In this document: positions 24,360 to 38,108 of the stretch, in pieces
How the letters are laid out: every line of letters begins with the position of its first letter
Numbering within the stretch: position 1 is the first letter of the stretch
Assembly: GCF_006345805.1 (NCBI RefSeq)
Contig: NC_043003.1
Coordinates: 69,378,001 to 69,442,000 of the forward strand
Direction: 5' to 3'
DNA from: Octopus sinensis
Lineage: Eukaryota
Length of the DNA stretch: 64,000 bases
Position numbers and translations under genes: made by a program
Notes under the pieces: model-generated
The model's input: only the letters and a program-made list of their open reading frames with translations
Told to the model about the DNA's origin: nothing
Databases searched by the model: none

Positions 24360-27107
24360 TTAACGTCTAATATATTCTTATAGAAAATGTCTTACACAAC
24401 TAAAGTTTTGCTAATCATATCAGAAAGAAATGGAGAGTAAGTTTTTTTTTTCTTCTTCTGTTTATGGAATTGATTTAAAATAATCTTTCTTCACCTAAAT
24501 AATATAAAATAATATTGAAATCATTTAACATCCATTTTCTATACTCGAATGGATCAAACAGTTTGACAGGACCGAGTGAGGTGCAAGACTGCACCAAGCG
24601 CCAATGTCAGCTTCGACATGGTTTCTAAGGCTGTCTTTCCTAACACCAACCACGTTACAATGTGTAATGGGGGCTTTTTCCATGCCACCTGTACTAGTGA
24701 GGTCACCAAGTGACTCGCAAGACAGGAAAAGAAGAGGAAAACACCCCCTCAATTAAATGAGGTGAGGAGTATTTGAGGGGTGGAGGGGCTTAATGCCAGG
24801 TGTTGAAGGCTAAAGTATGAGAGAAGCTACAAGCACAGGTGTCTTGTCATAGAGAAGATTTATGGCTACCCCAACATTACATAAAACTTGGTGGGAGTAG
24901 CTGGCAGAGGAATAAAAAATGGCAGAGCAAACTGTCAAGGTTCAAGAAGGTGAGCATAAGGGAGAATATGGACAGTGGATTGGAGGGTAGGGTGTAGTTT
25001 CAATTAAAAAATTATTGGAAGTTATTCCGTAGCCATTCCTGTGGATCACTTAATGGTTTTTGGTATTTTTCATAACGACAAATCATTTATGAAGTATAGA
25101 ACTACTCATTACAAAAAAAAAAAATCCTGTAAATCCAGGCAACAGCTCAACAGATGGATTGATTGCCAAGTAACAGCCGGGTAAGATTATTAAAACAACC
25201 TTATGTCATTTTTCTGATCACAAAAACCTGCTTAGTTTATGAGAGAATTTTCCCAACAGATGAAAATTTATTCTTTAATGATAGTCTCATAAAATAAAAA
25301 ATTTCACACTCACAGCAACAAACAACCTTAATACATGAACCAACAAAGAATTCCCTAGATGATTAGCCAGCCTGCTAGAAATAGCAATCAAATCTGTTTC
25401 AAAACCAATCCCAACAGTCTTTAAAAAAAATAAAATGGATGTATTGAATAATGTAGTCTGGGATACATTTGTCATCCTTTAATGTCTGCTTTCCACGCTG
25501 GTATGGATCGGATGGTTTGACAGGGTCCAATGAGCTGCAGAGCTGCATCAGGTCCCAAAGTCAACTTTGTTGTGGTTTCTTTGGCTGTATATTCTCCAAG
25601 GCACCAACCACTTTACAGTGTGTAATAATGGGTGTACCTGTTCATGGCACCAACACTAGTGAGATCACCAAGTAACTAGCAAGACAAAATAAAGGGAAAA
25701 GGGAAAAAATACACTTGACTGAGTAAGGATCTATTAGGGAGAGGATGAGGTGGCTTTATGCCAGCTGTTGAAGGCTAAAGTATGATAGAGGGACAAGCAC
25801 AGGTGTCTTGCCGTATAGGTAATACATGGCTACCCCACATTATATAGAGAGGCGGTTGAGAGTATCAGAAAAGAAGATAAAGATAGAGGTGAGAGGGTGC
25901 CAGAGCAAACCCTGAAGGAACAAGGGGGTGAGCAGTAGAGAGGATATGGACAGTGGAGGAGAGGGTGGGGAGTTTCAATCATAACATTATTACAGACATT
26001 GAGAGGTTAATGTACGATGTTGTGAGAAGCACAGGTGTTTTGCTGTTGAAGAAGTACATGGTTACTCTGTATTATGTGGGTGGGGAGTAGATGGAAGAGA
26101 GATAAAGAGGTAAATGTCAGGGTACCAAAGCATACTCTCAAAGTACAAGGTGACAGTCATCATCATCATCATCATGGTCATTTAACATCTGCTTTCTATG
26201 CTGGCATGGGTTGGACAGTTTGACTGAGGGCTGGCGAGCCAGAAAGCTGCATCAGGCTCTAATCTGATCTGGCAATGTTTGTACAGCTGGATGCCCTTCC
26301 TAATGCCAACCACTCCAAGAGTGTAGTGGGTGCTTTTTACGTGCCACCAGCATGAAGGCCAGTCAGGCGGTGCTGGCACGCTTGAATGGTGCTTTTTATG
26401 TGAGACCAGTCAGGCAGCACAAAAAAAAAAAAAAAGATGGGAGTGTCATAACTGGAATGTCTAAATATAGGTTAGCTCAATCAAGGTTGATTTAGGACAA
26501 AACATTAGTAAAAACCTTAAATAAAAGTTTTTAAACATTGAAAAACTGCTTAATTTATGCTTATGAAATCTTCATATTTACCTTCAATTTCCGAAGAACT
26601 GTAGAGGAATTTGATTCCACTAACATACACACACACATGCGCACGCGCACGCACACACCTCATTGTATATCAACATTTATTCTCTTATTCTCACTTGGTT
26701 TAAAAGGTGTTGAGAAATACTGACAGGCTGATATCAAATTGATATAAAAAACACTAACAGCAACAACAGATAATTGCAATAAACCACAATTTCAAATATA
26801 TTTGCTCCAGAAGCAGCTAATTGTTTTAGTAGGTTTTTTTTTTTTTAACACTAAACAGTATGGAATTGAATTATATTCTTTAATTAGCTGTAAGATAGTT
26901 TTAAGCAAGATTAAATATTAATGGATTTTAGTAGCAATAATAGACAAAGCAGTTGCATACATCAGTAAGCTAAAAAGCATTTGGTGCTTCCTTCAATCAA
27001 ATATTAGCAATACAATCAAACAGAAAGTACCGGAAAATACTAATAATTATCTAACAGGTAAACAGGTAATTTACATCTATTATTATCATTTATTATTATT
27101 ATTATTA

Positions 27108-28120
27108 AAGGCAGCAAGCTGGCAGAAACATTAGCATACCAGGCAAAATGCATAGTGGTATTTCGTCTGTCTTTACGTTCTGAGTTCAAATGTTGCTGAG
27201 GTCGATTTTGCTAGGGTCGATAAATTAAGTACCAGTTGTGTACTGAGGTCGATCTAATCGACTGGCCCCTAGAAAAGATTATTATTACTGAAGGCGGCAA
27301 GATGGCAGAATCGTTAGCATGTTGGATGAAATGCCTAGCGGTATTTCATTTGTCACTATGTTCTGAGTTCAAATTTCGCCAAGGTCAACTTTGCCTTTCA
27401 TCCTTTCGCAGTTGATAAATTAAGTACCAGTTACATACTGGATTCGATCTAAATCGACTATAGCTCCATCCCCCCAAATTTCAGGCCTTGTGCCTTTAGT
27501 AGAAAGGATTATTATTATTATCATTATTATTATTGAAAGTGTTGCACAGTATCCAATATTGTGATGCTGCAGGTTGTGGATATTGTGTGGATCAAGGATT
27601 TGTGCTGTCTATCGACTCACAACAAGGACTTTTATTATTATTATTGTTATTATTATTATTATTATTAAGGTAGCGAGCTGGCAGAAACGTTAGCACGCCA
27701 GGCAAAATGCTTGGCAATATTTTGTATGCTGCTGTGTTCTGAGGTCAAATTCTGCCATGATCGAGTTTGCCTTTCATCCTTTTAGGGTCAATAAATTAAG
27801 TACCAGTTGCATAATGGGGTCGATGTAATTGACTCATCCCCTCCCCCAAAATTGCTACCCTTCTGGCAAAATTTGAAACTTATTATTATTATTATTACGG
27901 GGGTGAGCTGGCAGAATAGTTAGCACGCTGGGATATATGCTTAGCAGCATTTCCTACATCTATGATCTGAGTTCAAATTCCACCAAGGTCAACTTTGTCT
28001 TTCATCCTCTTGGGGTTAGTAAATTAACTAACCAGTTGAACACTGGAGTTGATGTAATCAAATTACCCTTCCTCAAAACTTGCTGGCCTTGTGCCGAAAT
28101 TTGAAACCATTATTATTATT
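27108..28120 (+). mobile_element. Tandem cluster of four tRNA-derived SINEs with conserved gcctttcatcctttcggggtcgataaa core
   Basis: Heads ggcggcgagctggcagaa at about 27109, 27292, 27669 and 27899, separated by (ATT)n; further copies near 10845, 21010, 28870, 31935, 39905, 41190, 42690, 44505, 49540, 51040. Confidence 0.8.
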
Positions 28121-28508
28121 ATTAACAACAATATGGCTGTGGATAATTAATTCAACTGACAAAGAACCAAGATTATGAGGTTTTAGTGTTCTTTTACTAG
28201 TTTCTGCTCGAGGGCTGCAGTCATGCTGGAGCACCTGACAATAACATGACAACAACCCTAGCCTCTATAATATAATAAACACTGTCAGTGGCAGGCTGGT
28301 AGAATCATTAGCACGCCAGGCGAAATACTGACCCACCAACTGGAAGGTGCTACAGCTCAGGGTTAAAATACCTGATGATCACTAGATATCCTCTGATAAC
28401 ATCAGTTCCTCCTGGTCTAAGCTCATTTCACTTTGTTGAATGGAAAAGGAAAACCTTCTAGGTGCTATCAATAATATATATTAACGACAGAGGCAGTAGC
28501 AATACTGT

Positions 28509-28740
28509 GAGAGGTAATATTTATCTCTGCCTAAACACGGGTGTTCTGTTAGAACAAACTATACTGCAGCAGTTAGCATGAGAGACACTTTCATATTGGT
28601 GCAAAATGCACTCTTGTTTTCTCCACTAGTGATATAAATGAGAGTACATTTTGCACCAAAAGCCCCATATGAGAAATATGGTAAACACCATAGTTAAGTT
28701 TATTCTAACATGTTTAAGTGGAGATAAATATTACTGCTCA
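28509..28740. repeat. Degenerate inverted repeat
   Basis: gtaatatttatctc / gagataaatattac and ttggtgcaaaatg / cattttgcaccaa. Confidence 0.6.
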
Positions 28741-29739
28741 TTATCAATAATGTAACTGATTGAAGTGGTTGGGGACAGATAGGGGTACAACTATGAACTG
28801 ATATAAAAAGGACACAGGATTCCTCAAGCTCTTTTACCCAACTGAATTTACTACTTGTAATACAACTTCAAGGTAATGAACTGGTGGAATCATTTGCACA
28901 TTGTACAAAATACTTAGCAACTTCTGGCCCTGTGTTCTGAGTTTGAAATCCTGCTCAGGTCAACTTTTCATCTCATCTGTTCAGGGTCGATAAAATAAAG
29001 TACCAGTCAATTACTGGGAGTCAGTGTAGCAGTCTTACCCCCATCCCCTCAAAATATGCAACAAACCAGCGTCCCATTCAGGGAAAATGTTGTGATCTTG
29101 GTAACTTATGTGCCATAGAAATCGGATAACCAGCCATATGAGTCTTAAGGCTTAAGAAAAATATATAAAGGCGGTGCTCCAGCATGGCTGCAGTCAAATG
29201 ACTGAAACAAGTACAAGAGTACAAAAATCATACAAACTTCAGACAGCCAACTGGTTATGTGTTGTACTCAAATGAGACAGAGAGAAATCAATTTTTTTTT
29301 TTTATGAATGAGAAAGAGAGTTAGGAATATTTAGTTCAGAGAAATGTGGTCCCTAACAGATGGTCAAACTCCTCTATCTAAGGGAAATCAAACAGATTTT
29401 TAAAAATGTAAATCTCACCATCATCTGCCCAATGCCATAATTACTATAATTATTAAAAGACTTTCTTTAAGGAGATAGTAATGGTTTTTTTAAAAATATG
29501 AATCATAATACCACAAAACCTCAACTGGATCAAATAAACTTTGAGATGAATGTTTAAAGAAAGAATGGCATTCCAAAGCAGGTTTAATTGAAATTTAAAT
29601 TGCAGCATAGAAAATAAATATGAAGCAGTAACTGAAGTCGCAAGAAACTAAATTGTTCTTAAAAAGTAAAGTTCTATGTTTAATTTAAATGCAAGGCAAT
29701 TTTCAGGCAATGATGTGAATCAATACTTATTATGCATAC

Positions 29740-30321
29740 CTTTACCCCAAGGGGTTGGTGTATTAAAATCAGTAGCCTGCATAGTACTGGATGACGTAGA
29801 CTGAGATACCAAAGACCTACTGATACTAGCGAATGATTTGTTGTCATTTTTTGGCAACAACGTTTCTACAGGGACTTCCTTGTTTGAAGAAGTCGATGGG
29901 CCCTCATAAGGCACAAATGGCTTGGGCCCAAGCAAACGCTGAGGTAAGGAAGGTAGAGATGAACGCCTCTGCAGATTCTCAGGCTCAGAGGAATTAACAG
30001 AAGAACTGGTAGGAACAGTATGGGAGACAGTAGTAGTGGTTTCTACTAAAGGTGTGTCAAAGTAATTTGATGGTAATGGAGGTGGGAGAGATGATAGATC
30101 ATCATTTGAAAGATTGTTATTGGAAACGGAATTTTCTGGCGGCAAAGATGGTGGTGATAATGACTGGTCTCCAAGAAGAGATAACATTAATGGCTGAGAT
30201 GTTGGGGGATATGTTGGTTGTTGCTCACTGGAATTAGATGCAACATGTGAATTTAAAGGCATTTCATTGGAACTTTGGAGATCAAAGTATTCAGGTGGGA
30301 GGTTTTGCTTCCAAAGTTCAT
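29740..30321 (-). CDS. PLEKHA-like Ser/Pro-rich exon (ELWKQNLPPEYF...TPTPWGK)
   Basis: 582 nt, phase 1/1, tttcag acceptor, gtatgc donor (a second in-frame gtaaag donor lies 6 nt upstream); overlaps ORF 29720-30262. Confidence 0.85.
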
Positions 30322-30614
30322 CTGAAAAACAAATATTAAAAAAAAAGAGAACTCTAAAATGAGAGGAATTACTTCAGTTAATCCTTTTATTTTATTTATT
30401 TATTTATTTTCTCTTCAAAGTAGGTTAAGTGAAAACTAAACAGAAGTTTAAGCAACAAGTTACACTTGGATACTTACTTCAATAAAAAATTAAATCCCCA
30501 CCTCTACAACCACTGAATTTTGGTGGCAGTAAGGGAATGAATAATAAAATGCAAGAGATTACCAGTAAAATAACTATTTCATGAAATAGTTAATCCAGGG
30601 TATTTTTTTTTAGT

Positions 30615-31035
30615 ATTTGATTTGTGAAATTCTTGATGTGAATGTGTTGAAACTGATTCTGTTGTATCTTGAGAAGGCCATTATGCTAACAAATATGCAC
30701 TGGTTCTTTTTCACTTCTTTTAATATCATTTGTCAATTGGTTCACCATTTAACTAAATAACTGTTTTATTACTGGTTTAATCAATCAATCAATCAGATTT
30801 GTCAAAGTGCTTTCATCATCATTAGGAACTTTATCAATGACATGCCCTCTTTACTCTAGGTCAGCTTTTGAAACAATGAAAAGACTTTGACAAACTTAGC
30901 TGACAGACAAACTGAGAAAGCAAATCAAACAATTGGTTAAACAGTTAGCCAACTGAAATTAAATAATAGCGCAGTGAAGCAGAACCAGTGTGTGTGTGTG
31001 CTTAGTAATGGCATAATGACCCACCCAAGACAGAA
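30615..31035. mobile_element. Family C fold-back element
   Basis: Similar to 2432-2870 with the tail on the left; inverted arms. Confidence 0.6.
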
Positions 31036-31371
31036 AATTATGTTAGAGTATAGCTAACACCAAAAGAATTTTATAAACTTTCAAGACACACATAAGGCAA
31101 TAAATAGCACATAAATATTGAAAACCAACTTTTTCCATCAAAAAGTGTTTTTACATACTATTATTTATAGCTTTCTGTGTCCAATTTAGAGTGGTTTACT
31201 TTTGAATAAAATAATGGAATAAGCTAAGATTGTCCAGGAAACTGTCCTTCTCAGCCAAACTTCTTATTGGTTACATCACATTCTCTGATATTTCCATTTT
31301 CAGTTATTAAATAATAATAATTTAGATTTTTTTCCGAAGCAATATTTCTAGAATCATATAATTTAATGATA

Positions 31372-31926
31372 CAGTTTTATATTTGAGAGATGAGGAATTA
31401 TTTACATTTGACAGATATTTGTCCTCATTTTGTTTGTTGTTAATATGTTTCGGCTGATATACCCGCCAGCCTTCATCATGTGTCCTGGGGAAATTTCGAA
31501 CCTGGGTTCTCATTCCTAAGGTATTATTTTATGTTATTATTATTATTCAGGCCACTGCCTGGAATCAAACTCGGAATCTTGGGGTTAGTAGCCTGCGCTC
31601 TTAACCACTATGCCATATGCCCATAGGCAATTATGGAGTTAATTTTAGGAAAATATTAGATTTTTAAGCCCTAAAATTCACTCCATAATTTCCCACAGGC
31701 ATATGGTGTAGTGAGTGGTTAAGAGCGTGGGCTACTAACCCCAAGATTCCAAGTTCGATTCCAGGCAGTGACCTGAATAATAACATCAAAAAATACCTCA
31801 GGAATGAGAACGCAGGTTTGAAATTTCCCCAGGACACCTGAAGATGGCTGGAAAGTATAATAACCGAAATGTTGTGTTAACAACAAACAAGATGAGGACA
31901 AATATCTGTCAAATGTAAATAATGTA
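31372..31926. mobile_element. Family A fold-back element, both arms with tRNA-like heads
   Basis: Head-to-head arms with centre near 31660; CTGAAGA 31838, GAAA 31866. Confidence 0.8.
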
Positions 31927-32904
31927 TATTTTGATGAATTGGCAGAAATGTCAACACACAGAGAAAAATGCCTTGCAGCATTTCATCTGTCTACATGCTC
32001 TGAGTCCAAATTCTGCCACACTCCACTTTGCCTTTCATCCTTTCAGGGTTGATAAAATAAGTACCAGTTGCATACTGAGGTCAAAGTAATTGACTCACCC
32101 CTTTCCTCACGAAAATTGCTGGCTTTGTGCCAAAATTTGAAACAAATATTTCTAGAATTACATTTTGATTGCAAATTAAAAACTACCATTTTATTTCAAA
32201 AGTGAACTTGCCAGGCAAGTGATTTCATCTGAGACTGTGTATTGAAACTAAAACCCTGACATTCACCAAAGAGCAATTGGTGCAATGAAAATTTTGACAA
32301 TAATAAATGAAGTTAACATAATTGGTGTTTTGGAATGGTAATATATGTCTTTTATGCTGAAATTGTTTACCATTTTATTGTTCTTTGCTTAATGATATCT
32401 AATACCTGAATATCCTGCTTAGTAATACCTAATACCTGAATATCCTCCACTCTCTTCTTTAGAAATCTCAAACTTAAGAAATCAACATTTTTATAATCAC
32501 AAACTGTTCCAATCCAAGTAGCACCTCACACCATAACATAGATTAAACCAGTCACAGCAGCTGCAGCATTTAATTATACATTCAACATATCAAATACATT
32601 TTTGATTTCAACTAATGTGAAAGATTGAAGAGAAATTGTCAAAGTTTTAAAATAATTACAAACAAGCAAATACCATTCCATATATTATTTTGCCATGTAA
32701 AAGATGACAAAAAGATTACAAAACAAACAAAAATATATAACATTTGTTTACTTGGCCTGGATTTATGTAACACCCCCCATATATATATATATATATATAG
32801 TATTATCAGACAATATCAACAATCAGGTGCCCTTCCTCTATCCAGGGTTCAACTTGCCAAGAACTCTCCATTTCTATTTTAGATCATCTTTGGAATTTGC
32901 ATTT

Positions 32905-33240
32905 CATCATGATCATCATTTAATATCCGTTTTCCATGCTGGCATGGGTTGGACAGTTCAACCGGGGTCTGGGAAGCCAAGAGGCTGCACCAGGTTCCAG
33001 TCTGATCTGGCAGTGTTTCTACAGCTGGATGCCCTTCCTAATGCCAACCGCTCCGTGAGTGTAGTGGGTGCTTTTTACCTGTCACCGGCACAGGGGCCAG
33101 AGTGGGCTGACATCAACCACGATTGGACGGTGCTTTTTACGTGCCACCGGCACAGAAGCCAGTCAAGGCAGCGCTAACATCAACAACATTCGGATGGTGC
33201 TTTTTACATGGCCGATGCCAGCGGCGCCTTGACTGGCTTC
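32905..33240 (-). mobile_element. RTE-tailed repeat copy
   Basis: Reverse complement of the 880-1362 family with internal subrepeats. Confidence 0.75.
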
Positions 33241-34364
33241 TTTGAGACAATACATGATGTGGCTCCGATGCATTTCACAATGACTTGCCGATACCACCGT
33301 CTGTGTCTTGACTCACCTTGTCTTATGGAATGTCATCTACTTCACTCTTGTGCCTTCAAGTTCATTTGATCTGTGTGGTTCTTCTCCACTGATCCAGGTT
33401 TCATAGACATTATTCCCACCCTCACCTCTAGGGGCTCACTCACATAGTTTAACTGGTCAGTTAAAACCAAGAACCAGGGTGTGGGCAGTCACACACTGTA
33501 GCATCTGTGGAGCCATATGTGAGATAGATGCAGGAATGCGAGCCAAATAGTAAATGGGCCAACTCTTTAAAGGAAGCAGCTGTCTCTCACCATGAGGCTC
33601 TATCCCTCATCTTGCATCCTACATCACAATTTATGGATGTTTAAATATTTCAGAATATACTACATGGCACCTTGGGCAAGTGTCTTCTGTTGTAGCCTTG
33701 AGCTTAGAGAATTTGGTATATGGAAACTGTATAAAACCTTTCATGTGTGCATAAGAGTATATACACACACATATATGTGTGTGAATGTCTGCATTCTGTG
33801 CTTTGAATATAAATATTCACAAACAGTGCAACTTGACAATTCCTTGTAAACAAATCCTCCAATTGCTCTATTCTTTTGAAAAATGTAGAATAAAAAGTCC
33901 CTTATTTGGAATCAAGGCAAGGGTCAGCAACAGGAAGAGCATCAAGATGTAAAACAATACCTCAGTAATATGCACCAGATTCAGTGTTTGATCACATAGA
34001 TTTCTATGCCAAAGCAGATGGTTCAATAACTTTTCCAATTAAACCTGATTTTCAAATATGAAATAAATTCCTAATTAAGAAGTAACTTAATTATTTTATT
34101 ACAATTGTAAATTTATTATTATTATTACTTAATCTATATTGGAATATTTTGAAAAGAATCTCTAGTGGGTGGAGAGCTTTAAAGATTATATATTGTCTGT
34201 CAAACAAGGAACATGTATAAATTCTTGATTATTCTAAATAAAACTTATTCTACAAAATTAAAAATATGTTTCCAGTAGAATTTTATGAGACATGACAATT
34301 TTCAAAAACAGTGAAAATAAAGTACATATAAATATAAATATTTATATAATAAATATAAACAAAT

Positions 34365-34607
34365 ATTTCGTTCTTGGATTCGGTTTACAAGATTCTTTAT
34401 GGGAGTTCGTGTATTGAAGCATATTCTGTTGTGTCTGGGGAGGGTCACTCTCTTTTAGTGCCTCATAATTTAAGGCACTCACAACTACTGAAAAGGTTGT
34501 AAGACAATAAAAACTTTAGAAAAGTAAGTAAATGAGTGGAAATTTTACCGGTGAGTGTGTTAAATTATAAGGCACAAAAAGAGAATGACCCTCCCCAGAG
34601 ACAACAA
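34365..34607. mobile_element. Fold-back element related to the family B/C tail
   Basis: Inverted arms 34427-34482 and 34551-34607; left tail tttacaagattctttatgggagttcgtgtattgaagcat. Confidence 0.55.
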
Positions 34608-34910
34608 GTATAAACAAATAATTATATTTAATAAATATTATTTATGCTATAATAATATAAACAAATAAGAAAAGTGTAATGATGGTTACATTTTATAGGA
34701 CCCTTTGTAGGAAGGGCCTGAGGATTCCACCCAGACAACACTTCCAGGAATAGTGGGTGAGGGAAATGGATGGAATAAATGAATAAATACTTATAAATAA
34801 ACAAAATAAATTTTCAAATAAGAATCAGTTAATAAACCATCTTTTGTATAAGGAAATTTCTTAGAGTATTGGGGAAAGTATAAAGAAAATAATGCAATTT
34901 GATAGCTTAC

Positions 34911-35054
34911 TAATTTCATTTTCCCATTCACCATCGTCACCAGGGTATCCTCTCATTTTATCACTTCCTCCTCCGACACGTTCACGTCTTTGCTCTGCTT
35001 GTCGTTTCACATCTCGAACAGTTTGTACCCGAGGTCGTTCCTTTGGTAATAAAC
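34911..35054 (-). CDS. PLEKHA-like exon (GLLPKERPRVQTVRDVKRQ...GEWENEI)
   Basis: 144 nt, phase 1/1, tctag acceptor, gtaagc donor. Confidence 0.88.
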
Positions 35055-35195
35055 CTAGATTAGATCAGAAGAAAATATATTAAATGAGAACTTAGAGAAG
35101 AGATAATGTTGCTCTGAATGATTAAGGGACAAACTCTCTAACAAGTCTTACATGGAGTTATGAATATTCACTATGAATGTTTTAAATTTATTTAA

Positions 35196-35416
35196 CCCTT
35201 TTGTTACCAACCCGGCTGAAACCGGCTCTGGCTCTTTAGTATAAATGTCTTGTTTTCATAAGTTTTGAATTCAAAATTTCCACCAAATTTTAGTCACAAT
35301 TTATGTTCCTAACACTAGCTCAATGATAACGATGTTATTTTACTAAATTCTTTCTTATATTTAAAATAATTGGAAGAAACACAGAGCATCTCAAAATAAA
35401 TATAGTAACGAAAGGG
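35196..35416. mobile_element. piggyBac-like MITE
   Basis: TTAA-flanked, ccctttt-gttac / gtaacgaaaggg TIRs. Confidence 0.8.
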
Positions 35417-37114
35417 TTAACTGAAAATTGAACATCAAGTCCTTGATTGTTAAAACTTTTATACAGAACAATATTCCTCTAGCTCCATCTGCCATTCCCC
35501 TTCCACACAAACTAACTTACCAAACCACTCACCCTGTCTAATCCTCCATATCACTTCTCTTATATTCATCTTCCTGTAACCTAACTAACTAACTGCCAAA
35601 TTTTTTTATTCATATTTTTTGTCTTTGCAAGCTGTCTTAGGAGTTAAAATAATATATAGTATTTATATTTTCTTCATATGTGAATTATTTTAGAAATTAT
35701 AAATTTTTCAGAAAGTCCCAAATGGGGATTGCTGAAAAAAAGCATATTTATCCTTTTCTATTCAATTGCAATAATAAATATTTTAGTTTTTTTTTTTTTT
35801 TTGAAACTACAGAATCAAATGCGAATGTGTACGAAATATCAATGAATGATATAGATAGGAAATGCAAAAAAAAAAGTTTTCAAAACAGTCAATATTTTTG
35901 TAGTTCAAAAATTGTGATTTATGACATAAAATGTCCTCTAGAATTAACCAGAGCTAACAATGACCAACTTTAACTACTAAATATTGTTAAACACACCTCT
36001 GCAAATGCAATATGCATAAGCAATTCATTTTAAATACAACAAACAATCGGCAGTGAGACTGTTTTTAGCAGATCCCCAAATGGTGCACATGGCAGGCAAC
36101 GGGTTAAGGGACACATCATGATATATCTTCACCACCTCTATTTTCCAATTGGAGTAATTATACATCTCCCCTACACTGAAATACCTCCCCCATCTATCAT
36201 GCATTAACATTGCATCACCTTGCACAGAGCCATCCCTTTCAGATGAGGAGGGAATTGTCTTCCAAATTACGAGGTGACTGCACTGATGTCAGAGTCACAA
36301 AATAAACATCAAGTACACTCCAAAAAATGGTTGGCATTTGGAAAGGCATCCAACCATAGAAAACATACCAAAGCACACACTAGCACTTGGCACAGTCCTC
36401 TAGCTCACTAGCTCCTGTTGAACCATTTAATTCATGGTATCATGAAAAACAAATGTTAAATAGTGATGATGTATATTTATATAAACACCTACAACAAGTG
36501 ATTTCAAATTGTGGCACAAGGACAGTAATTTTTAGGGGAGGGGTAAGTTGATTACATCATCCTCAGTGTTCATATCTGGCCATAGGGAAATATTTTCCAT
36601 GGAAACAGGTGAAAGTTGGTGACCAGAAGGGCATCCAATTATAGAAAACTGGCCTCACTAAATTCCAGTTGATCCAAGCAAGCATGGGAAAGCAGACATT
36701 AAAATGATGATGATATCAGGAGAACAGAAGACAATCCATGGAACTATCACGTAGTCAATGATGCTGAAATAGTTACCAAAAGGATGGACTTAATTTTAAA
36801 CTTTAATCAATACCAGTGACAATCATCATCACCATCATCGTTGTCATCGTTTAATGTCCACCACCTTCCATGCTGGCATTAAACAATCACAGGTGTACAA
36901 TATGGTTCTTGCTACAACAGAGAAATCCTAATTAGATTGTCAGGGCAAATATCAGCACAAACCAGGATTTACAAATTTCCTCGTCATTTTGTTAGCCTCA
37001 TTAACATGGTTGAATGTTTGTGATTAACAAACCAAGTGCCAAGACATATCAACCATTGGGTGCCATGGGATACAGTATCACTTTAAAAAGAGAATATTTA
37101 TCTTTGAGACTTAC

Positions 37115-37226
37115 CAAAGAATCTTTTGGTATTATCATCTGCTTCTTCAATATTCCAGTTTTCTGCTTCAGCTGCATCTGCTTCATCAGCAGTCAATAAT
37201 CCTGGGTCACTCCCTTCAAATGGTGG
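37115..37226 (-). CDS. PLEKHA-like exon (PPFEGSDPG...EADDNTKRFF)
   Basis: 112 nt, phase 0/1, tcacag acceptor, gtaagt donor. Confidence 0.9.
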
Positions 37227-37294
37227 CTGTGAAAAAGAAAAGAATATTACAATGTTTAAAATGAAGATGTGTAATCATTCATTATCAAGTTATG

Positions 37295-37515
37295 GTATAA
37301 GTATTTACACTGAAATCATTGATATTCTGTTGAATCTTAGGAGGGTCATTATGTCAATAATAAACACACACAGTTTCTATTTCACTTCTTTATTTGGCAA
37401 TTGGCTAAAAATTTAATTAATCAGTTGTTTGATTAGCCATTTCGTCAATCAATCAGGTTAGTCAAATTCCATTCGTTGCAACTTCATCAATGATATGTCC
37501 CCTGTACTCCAGGTC
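37295..37515 (-). mobile_element. Family C single arm with hammerhead-like motif
   Basis: Minus strand reads atca-TTGATGA-a-gttgcaac-GAAt-ggaa-tt-tgac (37461-37494). Confidence 0.5.
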
Positions 37516-38108
37516 TGTTTGTCTCTTAGTTTGTAGGTTCCACATTTATATTGTTGTATTCCCCAAATTTATGGATTCAGAGCAGGAATCGAAAACAGTT
37601 TAATTAAGAAACTCTTTGCCATTAAGATTAATGCCTTTACTATTCAGATTCTGCCAATAAACAAAAGCAACTGATTGTCTGTCAATAGTTTTTAATTAGA
37701 GAGGTTTAAATAAATGGTTCCATAAAGAATTATTTTATTAGATTTTTAGTACAATGTCTAGGAAGTGTAGAAGAGAGAGTTGATGTATGTGGGAGGTATG
37801 GTTGAATAAAGAAAAAGACAAAACTAATTCTGAGAAGAGGTTATTGTGCTGAGGGTAAAGTAGCCAGAAGAAACAATCAGCTGGAGTTGGGGACAGTTTC
37901 TAAGGATCAATTTAACAATTACTTATAGTTGACTATGATATGTGATGCCTGATTGTGGACAGTTAATACAATTCCCAATACGAGAAAATGAGCCAACAGA
38001 AATAAAGTTAGAAAAATTTAATTTCAGTTTCTATAGAGTTAACAGGTAGGTGACAAGTCTCCATTAAGATCAGATGTTAGTCTATTGCAGACAACTCTCT
38101 CCAATTAA

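Noticed and set aside
25314-25393. Possible extra minus-strand exon with GTGAGT donor
   Set aside because: The open frame ends in phase 0 while the next exon needs phase 1; other acceptors give stops.
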